Part shown: positions 25,438 to 41,958 of the stretch, in pieces
Numbering within the stretch: position 1 is the first letter of the stretch
How the letters are laid out: each line of letters begins with the position of its first letter
NCBI GenBank assembly: GCA_965112735.1
Contig: OZ218956.1
Coordinates: 2,852,001 to 2,916,000 of the forward strand
Direction of reading: 5' to 3'
DNA length: 64,000 nucleotides
Source: Phaeosaccion multiseriatum
Lineage: Eukaryota; Protista; Ochrophyta, other classes
The notes under the pieces: generated by a model
The model's database searches: none
What the model was told of the DNA's origin: nothing
What the model saw: the letters and a program-made list of their open reading frames with translations, nothing else
Made by a program: the position numbers and the translations under genes

Positions 25438-28400
25438 CTCTTGCTGCTTTGGTAGGACCTCTAAGGCCGCTGAAGCTGCTCCCCCCTGTGAGAGCCATGT
25501 TGTTATACTTGCCCTCCATGAGCTCCAGAAAATTTGTCTGCACCGCATGGCAAAGGTAGTGCAGGACGGGCTTGCTGGGCAGGACCAGATTCACAGTTGC
25601 CGGCGACGACCCCTTCTGGCCCAGGCTCCCACTAGCCCCACGGGTAGCGCGTCTACTGCCGCTACGACCGCTCTCGCCGGCGGTGTGTGAGCTGACTCTT
25701 GGCCCCGTCTGTTCTCCTTCACCTCCTACTACTGGTGCTCCTGCTGCTACTCCTGCTGCTGCTCCTGCTGCTGCTCCTGCTGTTGTTGCTCCTGCTACTA
25801 TAGCCTCATCGCTGCTGCCGACGCCATTGATTGCACCGCTACCGAATTGGACGGATCCGCTCTCTCGACTCGCCCCACTCAGCGCGGCGCTGCCGAACCG
25901 AGCAGCGGACCCCCCTTCTTCTCGGCTCGCTTCACTCACTGCGCCGCTCTTCCTGTTGTCATCTTTGCCCTGGCCGTGGCTGTGGTGGGGATGGTGATGC
26001 CCGTGGCTGTGGGTGCGGTGACGATGCTGCTGCTGCGGATGGTCGTGGTCGTGTTGGTGTTGGTGGTGGTGGTGGTGGTGGTGGTGGTGGTGGTTCTGGT
26101 GGTTATGATTATGGTGATGATGGTGGTGGTGGTGGTGATGGTGGTGGTGACCATGATGGCGCCGACCGTGATGAGAGCGGTCCTGATGCGCACTCTCGCA
26201 GTGAATCCCATACAACGCGAGCACATACAACAAGATGGCACCCTGCGCCCCGAGCTCCGGCGTGAGGCCGTAGTAGTAGCCCGTCTGCTCGGGACGGACG
26301 AGGAAGCGCACCACGGGCTCTAGGGTGTGCATCCGAATCAAACTCAGGACCGTCTCCTTGGTGTCAGGGCCGTCTACACGTAGCATAAACGCGAGGTATG
26401 CGTACAAGTGCGTTTGGAGGTCGGAGGCAGCGGCGGCCCCTGCGGCCCTGCTGACCATGATGTGAGGGCTTGGGTTGTGGCTGTGGTTGTGGCTACGTCC
26501 TCCTTCTCCTCCTCCTCGTCCTCCTCCTCCTGCTGCTGCTGCTGGTGCTGCTGCTGTTCCTGCTGCTCCTGCTGCCTCTCCCCCGTTTGCACCGCCAGCC
26601 CCTCCTTCTCCTCCTCCTTCTCCCCCCCTTCCTCCTCCCTCTGAAGAAGAGACAGCGACGCCCCCAACCCCCACCCCCACAGTTGAAGAGTAATTCGCCT
26701 CCCTGCTCCTCTCTGCTCCTCTGTGACACACCCTGTGCTTCCCTGACGAGCATCTCCTGCGAAGTGAGAGCCACCCCATACCCGCTGCTGTGTGCGTGGC
26801 TGTGGACCTTGGCGGCCTCAGCGAGGGTTTGTATCACCCCTACCACCTCGAGCAAGCGGTCCTGAGAGCGCTCCTTGGCCATGGCAAGCACGCAAGAGAG
26901 ACCCTTGGGGACTGAGGCGCGCAAGAGCTCGAACAAGAGCGCAGAGTCTCCAGCCACCTGCCCCAGACAGAGCACAGCCATCCAGACGGAGGGGTCGCCC
27001 GGCTTGAGGTGCCGGTTGAGGGCAATGAGGCCCTTGTTGGCCACCAGAGTGATGCGGTTGAGTTGGTAGAACTCGTGGCAGTAGACGGGGTGCATCATGC
27101 CATACAGCACTTGGAGGAAGTAGTGCATGGTCTCTGTGGGCATGGCCCCAAACACGGGGTCCTTCTTGAGTTGCCGCCACTTGTTGGTCAGGCTGCTCGC
27201 CTTGACAATGTACGTCATCTTCTTGTACACGCGAATCTCCTGCGGTAGGGATGCAATGAAGGCCTGCTCGCGGCGGTGGTTGTAGCGGTAGACGATGAGC
27301 CGAGCCGCTGTGTCGAGCTCAAAGAGCATGAGTCTCAGCAGCCGGGGAATGGCGTTGAGCTTGGACAGTTCGTCAGCAAAGTGCTTCGACAGGGCTCCGA
27401 GCAGAGGGGCAATGTTGAACAGCACGGGGTCCACATGCCCCTTGATCAGACTCGGCAGCCCCACATTGACCAAGGCCTCCAGCTTCCGACTCAGCCACCT
27501 GCAGCAGGAGTCGTGTTGATCCGACAGCTGCAACAGCATGGCGATGGCCAGTTTCCTCCTCCGCTGGTCGGGCGTGTGGTATATATCGTCCAGCAGCGAG
27601 GTGCTGCTTGCCTCGAGTTGCGTTTGAGACCACTGGGCAGTGTGCCAGTCTGTGACTGTGTCCAGCAGCTGCTTGTCGCTGCGGGTGCCTCGCTTCCCCC
27701 CTTGGGTGCCGTCTTGTACTTCTTCATCGCCGAAGTCCATCTCCTCGGCGCTCTTGGGAGCAGGAACGGCACGCTTTCTCGTTCTGCCCTTCCTTGACTG
27801 AACCTGGCCCTGCTCCGCCTTGGCTTCACCTTCTGCTGCTGCTGCTGCTGCTGCTCCTGCTGCTGCTGTCGTTGTCCCTTCCTTTTCTCCGTCCTCGCCC
27901 CCTGTCTCGCCCTCCGCCGCCGCACACATCGCATCGATATCATCCTGCAGCTCAGACTCGTTGTTACACTCGCTCCCATCACTCGAGCTCCTGCTGCTCC
28001 CCCCACTGCTACTACTTGAGCTGTCGTCGCTGCTCTCCAAGCTATCAAGACTTCCAATACTCACGGCATCGTCCTCCTCCTCGGCACTGTTGTCCCCCCC
28101 CCACTCCCCCTCTTCCGGCTTGGGCTTCGGTTTGGGTTTCTGAGCAGACAACACCGGCAGTAGTCTCATCTTCTCCACGCCCATCTCCTGAACATGGTCG
28201 GCTATGGGGTTGTTGGCTCCAGCCAAGCTCGCCTCGTGCACACCCTTGTCTTGCATTTGCTGGGCGTACTCCATCACTGCTCTGCCCTGTGCTCGCACCC
28301 TGCCGGTCACGTCGGCGTGCTGCTCCGCCTCCCAGTCCTGCACAGGCATGTCTTGAGCCCCATCCCCGGTCTTCCGCTGTTCTTCCTCAGCCCTATCCAC

Positions 28401-28442
28401 CAGCTCCGCCAGAGGCGGAGGAGGGGCGGCAGGCGTCGGCAT
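21391..28442 (-). CDS. Large (~2,200 aa) hypothetical protein with armadillo/HEAT-like helical segments and extensive low-complexity tracts
   Basis: Three long ORFs join in phase through GT-AG introns at ~26641-26731 and 24611-24974. Leu-rich amphipathic helical blocks alternate with poly-His, poly-Ala, poly-Gly and poly-Gln tracts. The ARM fold is inferred from pattern only. Confidence 0.65.
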
Positions 28443-28831
28443 GATGAGGCAAAAAAAAGGAGAAGAAAAAGGCCTCGCCTCCTCGCCTGCCCGCCGTTTT
28501 CCGAAAAGTTAATGGCACATCAGCTCTCTACTTAGTCTTACCAGTCCCCTCTCTGCCCTCTTCCCCAGGGGAGGGTACATGGCCCATAAGCTATCTCATT
28601 TGGTAGGTGTAGTAAGTCAGGGAGCGTTTCACTTTTATTTCATTGACTGTCCAGAGATAATCGTCCAGAACATGATGGTCTCTTGCCTCATGGGTTGGAG
28701 TAAAGACATGGCTATGGAGTAAGATAGAAGAGAAAGAGGCGGGGTAACTTCTTGAGGGCGTCTAAGGTGGAACACGGGGAGAAAGTAGAAGGCTTTGGCG
28801 CGAAGGAGGGCACTTCGGAGGAGGGAGGGGG

Positions 28832-29629
28832 ATGTTTCGTCGGGATGTGGCGCTACGGAGAGCCAGGGAAGAGGAGGAGAAGGCACGGGAGAAAGTGGAG
28901 AAGCCCACGAAAGAGAGGAGAGAGAGAATAATGCGAAGCATCTATGGGAGGGGAGTGACCCAAATGGCGGAAGACAACAAGGTTGGTGAAGTGGGTATGT
29001 CCGGCATTCAACAGGAGTCAAGCAATCCTAATCAGCCCCTAACAATGCCCAAATAAACGCAGGCTAGACGACAGCGCTGGATAGAAGAAGAAGAACGGGA
29101 CCCCCAAAGTTGGACGTTGCGACAGCCCGACAAGTCTGTCCTCGACCACACTTTCAGAGACAGGCAGCCGTCCATGGAGGTGGGTCGGGAGGATGGGACT
29201 GTGTCTGCCCAGAGATACGTACCGAGGGCAGCGTACAGAGGCGGAGGGCAGCTTGACGAGGACAAGACGGCCAAGTTGCAGGCGGAGAAGGACCGGCAAA
29301 GTGTCCTGCGAGGCAACGATGACTGCGCCCTGTACAACCCAGGCCGAGGCTCGTCGATGGTGTTGGACACCGCAGGTATACGGGGACGGATAGAGCATCC
29401 ACAGTACTGCCCTGCCCAGCTTCTACTGAGAGAGAGGAACCAGGTATGGATGGATGGATGGATGGATGGATGGATGGATGGATGGATGGATGGATGGATG
29501 GGCAGGGCAAAGGGAGGGGGGGGTCTTTGATTCAGAATAGCGGGGGTGACCTTTCCCTTGGATTAGTATGTTACTACTATTACAGCACCGTCGCCCTCAT
29601 CGTCGAAGTCTTCTTCTTTCTTCTTTTCT

Positions 29630-29697
<68 letters not shown>

Positions 29698-30645
29698 CTA
29701 TTGTTGCTGTCGTTCTTCCTTCTTCTTGGTCTTCTTCTCTCCTTCTTTTTAACCCCCCCCCCCCCCGTCCTCTCCCCAGGCACTCGAGCTCGGTCATGAC
29801 ATGACCTTCCAAACCAAAAACGACATGGAGAGGCTGTGGGAGACCGTCCAGAGAAGAGACGTTCTCGACAGCGGCGAGTACATGGGAGACAGCGATCCGC
29901 AGGGACAGCCGCAGTGGAGGGACAACGACCCGTCCAAGTGGAGAGGGGTTACAGACATGAGGGTGGGTACCCGGGCCAACGACAACAAGACTAGGTAAGA
30001 TTACGTATGTATATATAGCGAGGTTTGCGGGCAGGTCTCTGGAAAGTCCTCAGTCTTTGTTTTCCTTGAATCACTCCTCATTTCCCCAGAACCGTAGCGG
30101 GATACAAGTTCCCTGCCAGCATCTTCCACAATCGGAAGTACTCGCCCCCTGAGGGCCTAGAGAGGACGCGGCACCCTGACAAGGAGCTCTCCATGCACTC
30201 GCGCTTCCTGCCGCGGGCTCCGCTCGGAAGGTACATCCCCGCCCCAGAGTCGTCATATCGATCAAAGTTCAATTGGAAGGAGGAGGACGCCGACCCAACG
30301 AGATACCCACCCGATAAGGTAACCTGCTGCTGCTGACTAGGAGCGAGCGCCTCGAGGAGCGTACATCCCATAGCTAACATTGTGCTTGGTGTGGGCCTGG
30401 CTCGATTCGTGGGGTGCTGGCTGGAGGCTAGTGCCACAATACTGGGCAAAGTGCTGTGTTCTGCTCCTTGGGGTATTTTGCTGAAGGCCCTTGCCTACTA
30501 CATCGCGCCGCGAAGTACTTCCGTTCCCTCCTCACTTGCTTGCTTTTGCTATTACCTAGACTCATCGCATCCCCTGTTCTCTTCTGTTTTCTCCTTGACT
30601 GCACAGACATACTTCATTAGCTGGAAAGGAAGAAGGTCGTCCTGA
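28832..30645 (+). CDS. Hypothetical hydrophilic Arg-rich protein (4-5 exons)
   Basis: In-phase exons at ~28832-28981, 29063-29443, 29780-29994, 30090-30318 and possibly 30607-30645, with GT-AG borders. No family recognised; both ends uncertain. Confidence 0.55.
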
Positions 30646-30770
30646 CTGCTCGGCCCATGATAATGATGAATGAAATAGCTCAAACGCGAGGAATAATGAA
30701 CTAATAGTAATTTCAAGTGCACCTGTTGGTTCGTCATGTTGGTCTCCTTCCACTTTTTCTCCCTTCAGCA

Positions 30771-33755
30771 ATGGGCAAGGCTTCCTTAGCGTGGTTATTC
30801 TCTGTGCTTCTCATTGTTCTCTTGGTTACTCTCGGAAGTGGATTTCGAGGTGCTGTTCTCAGCCGTACGAATGCCAGGGGAGGGGAGCGATGGGGGGGAT
30901 TCACCCATCATCACGGAGCACCAGGAGCAGTAGCAGCAGCAGGGCGAAGGTTAAAGGCTGTCAGTGGCGAGGAAGAGAAGGAAGAGGTCACTGCAGCTCC
31001 CGCCGGCACGCGTCAAAAGGTGGGTACTCCTTCAAATGACACATGTTCTCTCTCTTCCCCCCTTCAACTCGTGGAAAGAGCTGACAAAGCCCCCTTGTGA
31101 TACCCCACACAGCTGAATCCCCTGACAGTCCTTCAAGCCGTGTACTCCGCTGTCTGGGGTGGTGCGGATGCCAAAGAGGGGAGAAAGGACCGCCAGTACC
31201 CGTATTTTATCGGCCTCCCCTTGAAACCCGCCTTTAGCAGGAAGACGGTGGTGAGCGAGGCAAGCGAGGACATTTGGATGCTCGAACAGGTACAACAGAC
31301 GAGGGGGGCTGCTGCGCGTAGGCAATGATGCCACTCAGAAAGGACCCGTTCTTTCATCAAGTCTCTGACATCGCCCCCCAACCCACCGTATGAGCAGGAG
31401 CTGGGTTTCTTTAACGTTAGCACGAACATCCGCATGACGGTGGTCCGTCTCGAGTCCGGAGGCCTCTGGGTCCACGCTCCTATAGCCCCAAGTGAGTACT
31501 CTCCGACACCCTTGTCCCATCAGAGTGGCGGCAGCGTGAGAGGAGGGGGGCGATGCTTATGGAGATGGAGGAGAGGGAAGAAATGCAACTGCCCCAGTGG
31601 TCCAGCCGCACCTGCCGGTCTCACCCTTCGCCCCCCTTTGTGTGTCTGTCCTTCCTTCCTCTCTTCCTCCCTCCCTTCCATCCGTCCTTCGCAGCACAGG
31701 AGTGTCTGCAACAGCTGTCGGACATCGGCGGAGAGGTTGAACACGTCATCCTACCCACAACTGCGGTAGAGCACAAGAGCTTTGTTAAGCCCTTCGTCCG
31801 CAACTTCCCCAAAGCAAGGGGTGAGTGAGCGACCCTGCCCAGATTATATCCCCCTTTTGATCTTTGGATGCCCTTTGAATCGAATGGATCGGCTAGACAC
31901 TGACCTGAAGCACACGTCGCTGCTCTATCTGCATCTGTTCGTACGACCAGTTTGGGTGGCTCCGGGGCAGTGGTCCTTTCCCTTGAACCTACCCTTGGGG
32001 TTCCGAGTCGACGGGTACCTGTGCCAAGACGCCGCTCCTTGGGATGGAGAGATTGAGTCTTTGCTCTTCCGCCCCCCGCTGAAAGGGGTGGGGGAAAGCA
32101 ACGAAGTGTACTTCTTCCACAAGTGAGTTGTGCTTGGTGGGGAGGAGGAGGAGGAGGAGAGAGAGAGGGGGGGGGGCTTGATTTGTAGATACCCCCTGCA
32201 ATGCGTCATCAGGTATTTGTTACCTTGGCGTGGACCCATCCATCCACCCTTGGGGGTCACCCCCCTGTCGATATTCCCTGTCGGTGGTATATCCTATAGC
32301 GTCTCGCCTCCCGACCGCCGTACCATTCTGTCAGGCGCTCTGAGACCCTCATTGTCACGGATGCGGTACTTAAAATTGACGTGGAGCCACCAGAGGTAAG
32401 TAAGCCCTGCATGTAACGCCTCCTCAGCAAAGTGTGTGGTAGGGACGTGTGGACAAGGGCTCCATTTGTCTCCCGTAGCAGAAGGTCCCGACCGACTCCG
32501 AACTGACGTGAACTGTCTCTGCTGCTTCAGGTCATCCCTGTGCCGGAGCTGCTGGACTCTGCCAGAGGAGAGGACGGCCTCGAAGTGCCTGACACACTCG
32601 AGAACCGAAGGGCAGGGTGGGTCAAGAAGTCCCTCCAGGTGGGTGGGTGAGCGATGGGAGGCTGAGCAAGAGGGGGGGAAATGTCTGATTTAGTCTTTTA
32701 GTTGAGACACACGTGTGTGGAGCAGCGCTGCACTGCTTTGGCGAGGGAGTTGCGCCTTTCTACTCTGTTGCGCCTCATCCTGACTCCACTTCGCTCTCTC
32801 TTCTCTCTCTCTCTCTGTGTGTGTGTTCTTCCTGTGGCGATGGCCCAGATCCTGTTCCTTGGCCCCGCCCAGCCGCAGACATTCGATCTAGTGGGCCAGA
32901 AGCTCGTGGTCAGCCCAGTGATTCGCACGCTGGTGTTCAACCGCGTCAAGCCCTACGTCAAGGAATTCATCGATGAGGTCACCAAGTGGCCGTTTAAGGT
33001 GAGAGAAATGTGTGTGTATGTGAAATGAGTGTATGTGTGTATGTGCGTGTGTGTGAGTGTGTGTGAGTGTATGTATGTGTGTGTGTGTGCGTGTGTGTGT
33101 GAGTGTGTGTGTGTGTGCGTGGGTGCGCATGTGCGTGTGTGTGAGTTCTTCTCCTTCATCGTCACACGAGTGTGTTGTTGGAGTGTGGAGTGTGGAGGGG
33201 GCAGGGTAGAGCTCAACAAAGACCCTCGTCCCCTCCGTCCAGTCCCGTTTAAATACATGTCGAGGCTTGTGGTCGGTCCTGGAAACTTTTGGACACACGT
33301 CTTTCTTTCTCTCTCTCTCTTTCCCTCTCGACTGACGACCCCAACCACCCAAATCTCCGTACAATGGTATGCATCAATGTGCCTCCAACCACCAGAGCAT
33401 CATCGCGGCTCACTTCACCTCGCCAATAGCAGCGTCACCAATGGACCTCAAGCAGGCCTTTGCGTTCGCGTACCTAGCACAGGAGCAGGACTCCGCTTCC
33501 AAAGAAGCGTCCAGCAGTAGCAGCAGTAGCAGCAGCAGCAGTAGCAGCAGCAGCAGCAGATTACCGGCAGCCCCAGCCCCGAGCCCGTGGGAGGGCGTCT
33601 TGAAGTCTCTGGGACTCGCTACCAAGGGCAGTGGCCGAGAGCGGCAGGCGCAGAAGCTCGAGCTGGTGGATGACCTGGAGCGCATCCCCGCCTCGGACCT
33701 GGAAACCCTCAACTCCATCAATGACTTCATCAATGACGCAGGCCTCGCGGGCTGA
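30771..33755 (+). CDS. DUF4336-family protein, probably plastid-targeted
   Basis: Signal peptide ending ..LGSG-F. Motifs RKTVVSE..IWMLEQ, IRMTVVRLESGGLWVHAPIAPT.EC, V.HVILPT.AVEHK, VWVAPGQWSFPLNLP, EVYFFH..TLIVTDAV and II.AHF. Confidence 0.85.
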
Positions 33756-34198
33756 AGAGCGATCGAACTGAACAGACCCTCGCTGGCTGGGGACTCACTC
33801 AGCCTCACAGCCCCAATACCATGCATGTACGTGCCCACTTGGGTTGTTCCGCCCTTCCCCCTTGTGCCACACAATTCGCTGTCCCCTCCCCCGAAACGAC
33901 CCGCGCAGAGCAGAAGGGGCCAAGCGGGCCCCAAGTGTACCAAGGATGTAGGGGTGTTTGTGGCACACAGCGCCACAGACCTCCTCCTCTCGTCCTCAAG
34001 GCACGCTCTCATGTCTTCTCGTGTATGCAGAGCTAAACAACTGCTCCGCTAATCGCGGTGGTGCTGGTGCTGCTGCGGTTGATACGAAACGCTCTCGACA
34101 GTTCCACACGGCGCCTGTAAGGCTCTGTCTCCCACATCATGCACCGGCCGCGCGAGGAGTGTCTGTAGTGTCTATAGTCAACCCTTGTCATGTCAGAT

Positions 34199-38061
<3,863 letters not shown>

Positions 38062-39096
38062 TTTATTGTTGAATTAATTTTGACAAGTTTTTGTTTGTTT
38101 GTGTTTTTGTCCGGGGCTTTTGTTTGGATGTACCATTACCACGGTACACTCTCGACCTTTTGTGGTGTATTTTTTTAAGGTGCTCCTTCTTCCTTCCGCT
38201 GCCACCTCTCCGACCTTCACTCCTGCTGTGGGACCTTTTGGGTGTTTCAGCTTATAGACCAGCCCTCCCCCCCCCCCAAAAAAAACCCGTCCAGCCGCAG
38301 CCCCATCTGGAGCCTTGTGCCCACTCGGAGTCCGCTCATCCCCTTCAAGCGGCGGAAGGAGTTGCTCATCCGCCCCGATCGATCGCCGATCGGTCCGCTC
38401 CTCAACACCCTCCTCGAGACCAAGTGGTGTTGACTTTGTACCGCTCCCCAATAGGGCGAAAGTAGGTCTTGTCGTGCCAATGCTCTGCTGCTGCTGTCCT
38501 CCGCACCAACCAGCTTTTGCGTGGGTCCGTACGTGCGTGAGTGAGTTCCCCTGTGTTGGTTCTGTACTTGGAACCCTACTGTACAGGGTAATGCATGTAT
38601 GTACTGGTGCTGTAGAGGTGCCGACCTCTTTGCCTGTGCAATCAATGTAGGTTTCGATGCACAGTTGCGTCGTCACCTCTCCGCCTCTCCTCGAAGGACA
38701 AGGCTCCTTCCCCAATTGGATGACACCACAGCCACCCAGCAAGGATGGAACGAAGCAAGCAGACAGAGCCAACAAGCTCTGCTCTGGTCAGCAGGGTCGT
38801 TCGACGATCGGCCCCATCGCTCACGCCGCGCTATTGCCGCATCAATGCTCTGTCGCCGCTGTCGCTGCTGCTACCGCTGCACCTCAGTCCAAGGCCCATC
38901 AAGACCAGACGCCTCTGGGGCTCTGTCGGTCTCGCGTCGAGCGACCGCCGCAGGCCGGGGGGGGGGGGCAAGGCAGCGAGCTGGGCTGTCCCATGCCTGG
39001 CAACAGGGCTCCTTGCCCGATGACGAAGCGACAATAGGCAGGCATATCGGCTGGCATGCCGGGCCCCCATGCACCCACCCGTTTTGCTTCACCTAG

Positions 39097-41594
39097 TTAG
39101 TCCTTCTTGCTGTCTACCCCAAACAAGTTCTTGACGGCCTCGTAGCTGCCGAACTGGACGGCTCCGCTCACCACCGCGCGCACCAGGCGAGGCGTCAGGC
39201 CCAGGAAGAGCGCTTGCCAGCCCTCCCCATCCACGATCTTCCTCACGGCGTCTCCCATGCCCTCGTAGCGCTCTCCACCCCCTTGTACCACCGCCGCATC
39301 AGCAGCATCAGGGGTTGTAGAGCCAGACAAAGATGACGCTTTGACAGCAGCAGTAGGTGTAGCAGCAGTGGAAGGAGCGGAGGAGGAAGCAAGTGCTGCT
39401 GCAGCTTCTCCCCTTTCCTTGGCCCCCTGTTCATCATACCGCACATTGCAGCACCGCCAAAGAACCGACTAAGATGGATGCATGGGCGGATGGATAGATG
39501 GGAGGGAGCAAGCGCAAGAACGAGCACACACACACACGCCCCAGGAAGCCGCACGCACGCACGCACTACGCTCAGCTCGTATCCATCGTCCACGCCCGCA
39601 AGCCCATCACAGGAAAGGCCAGCAAAGCAACACCACCATCTCGAGTGGGTGCCTCTCTAGTCTCTGTGGGGTGGGCACTTGCTGTGTACCGATGTAGTTA
39701 CCCTGCAGTGCCCTGCCCTGCCCTGCCCCGCTCTCCTCCTACCTGAGTCATGACCCGTGTGCGGATAACGTCGAGAGGGGTGGAGGCAGCCTGGGAGATC
39801 ATCGTCGCGACGGCTCCGACGACGGCCGCTTCTACCGTGGACAGCTTGCCCCCGCCTTTCTGGGCCCTGGCATCCCTGCAGGGGAGAGCGAAGCGAGCGA
39901 GAGAGAGATGGGGAGAGAGAGGGGGAGTGTGTGAGAGAAAGAGATGAAGAGAGGGAGACAGAGAGAGAGATGGGGGAGAAGAGAGAGAGAGAGGGAGAGA
40001 GAGAGCGTGAGAGAGTGTGTGAGCAGATAGAGATGAGCCGAACAGAAAGAGTTAGCGACAGCGACGAAGATGCCGCAAGACGGCATCAAGCAAAAAGACA
40101 CACGGCACCACCGCAACTGCACCGCACCGCACAGCGTCTTTGGTTTGGCATTCTCTTCTCATCTCACCGCTTGAGCTTCTCGTACACAACGAACTTGAGG
40201 GCGTCCGCGGGGAAGGCGTAGGCCACATTGAAGTAGTAGCTCTTCAGGTATTCGCCGATGCCCTCCTCGTCCAGGATGCGCCGCATCTCGCGTATGGCAC
40301 CCCTCGCCGCCAGCCCTGAGACACAGGGGCAGCCACATGCACAGCGGTTGGTGACACAAGCAAGCAGCAGCGGTAGCAAGGCGTGATATCGTAGGCAGAC
40401 CCGAAAAGATGAGTGAAGGGAGGAAGCGTGCTCGCTCCGGTACATGACATGCTTCGTAGATGAGTAAGGAAAGAAGGAGAGAGAGAACAAGAATAAGAAG
40501 AAGAGAGAGAGAGAGAGCAAAGAGAGAGAGAGAGAGAGAGTAGGTTTCGCAGAGACCACAAGACGCGATGGAACATGCACGGAGCCCACCTGTTTGCTGC
40601 CTGGTCTTGACCATGTCCGGCGGGGTGAGGAGCACCCAGTAGGGGAGGTTGGCCACTCCGACGGCTGCGATGGTGGTCCAAATCTTCGTAGAACCGCTGC
40701 TACCGAACCTGCCCGCGAGCTCTTCCTTCATCAGGTCCTGGGAGAGAGAGGTATGGGGGGAAGGGAGGGCTGAGGAGGGCTTGGGAATCAAGAGACCGTT
40801 GGAGTACGGAAAGGACACGAAATTGAATGAAGACTCCGATGCAACCTACCTTGACGGCGAAGAAGACACTGCCCGCAGGGATGCCGAGCACCAGGGGAGG
40901 CAGAACCCCGTCGTATAGGTTCTTGAACAGATCCGGTGTGACTGTGGGCGGAGAGTAGGAAAGCTGTGAGCGAGAAACATCAGGAAGAGCAAAACAAGTC
41001 GCGTCGCTCACTCTTTCTCTTGGACTTGCTCGCCACTTGTATCCTAGCCTTGACTGTCTCGATGGGATACAGCGTGAGCTGTTTTGTCACGCGCACCGCG
41101 GCGCCAGAGGCCGCCCCCGAGATGAAGGTCTTCCACGCCCCCACATCAACCGCCGCCTCCACAGCAGCAGCAGCTGGAACGGTGGAGCCAGATCCACTTG
41201 AGGCAGAAGTTGCAGCTGCTGCAGCTGCTGCTGCTGGTGGAACGCTTGATGAAGCTGCGAGGTATGCATACAAGCGAAAGGAGTCGCGGCGGAGGAGCGT
41301 CTCAAACATGTGATCGTGTTAAGGAACACCCCTCATGTGTGACGTACCCACTGCCAAAGTCGCCACCCCTGCAATGGTGGCTGCAGCGGTGGTATGCAAC
41401 AGCTGTCTTCTGTTCAACGGTGGCATCACGGCAACAGGGTCGTGGTTGTGCTGCTCTCCCCTCCCGCCACTGCCCGTGGACTGACTCATAGCCAGCATGG
41501 GCAAACGCCGAGAAGACGTCGCACGGAGGTGAAATGCGACAGCCAGGTCCACAACCACCATGAGTGCCACAATCAGCCCTCGCTTCATGGCCAT
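39097..41594 (-). CDS. SLC25 mitochondrial-carrier-family protein, S-adenosylmethionine-carrier-like, with plastid-type presequence
   Basis: Three carrier signature repeats (YPIETVKARIQ, TPPDMVKTRQQ, TPLDVIRTRVMT) and GLTPRLVR..GAVQFGSYE. N-terminal signal peptide ends ..LAVA-FH. The substrate assignment is inference. Confidence 0.82.
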
Positions 41595-41825
41595 GACGGG
41601 GGGGGGGGGGTGGAACAACGGAAGGGTGGGTAAAGATAGATGGGAGGATCGCGAAAAAAGAGTTTGCGCTTCTTCTGCTTACTTTTTGAAACGGCTGAAT
41701 TTCTGAAGTGCAGGCTCACCGATAAAGAGGGCCAGTCTTGCTGCACCTTCAGGGAAAGCTTTTGCTGTGTTGGTCAGGAGGGTGGTGTTCTTTGCCGGGA
41801 CGCAGGAGAGAAGGCGCGGAGAGCC

Positions 41826-41922
41826 ATGGTGACTCAAGAGGACGAGCTGCCGCCGCCAGATGCTGGCGAAGGGGAGGAGGGTGAGCACGACGAGCTGGAA
41901 AAGGCGCACGTACAAGCCCAGT

Positions 41923-41958
<36 letters not shown>

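Noticed and set aside
26641-26779. Apparent frameshift between the 649-aa and 602-aa minus-strand ORFs
   Set aside because: A ~91-nt GT-AG intron (CAGG|GTGTGT ... TCTCTTCTTCAG|AG) joins the frames in phase 1, so no recoding is needed.
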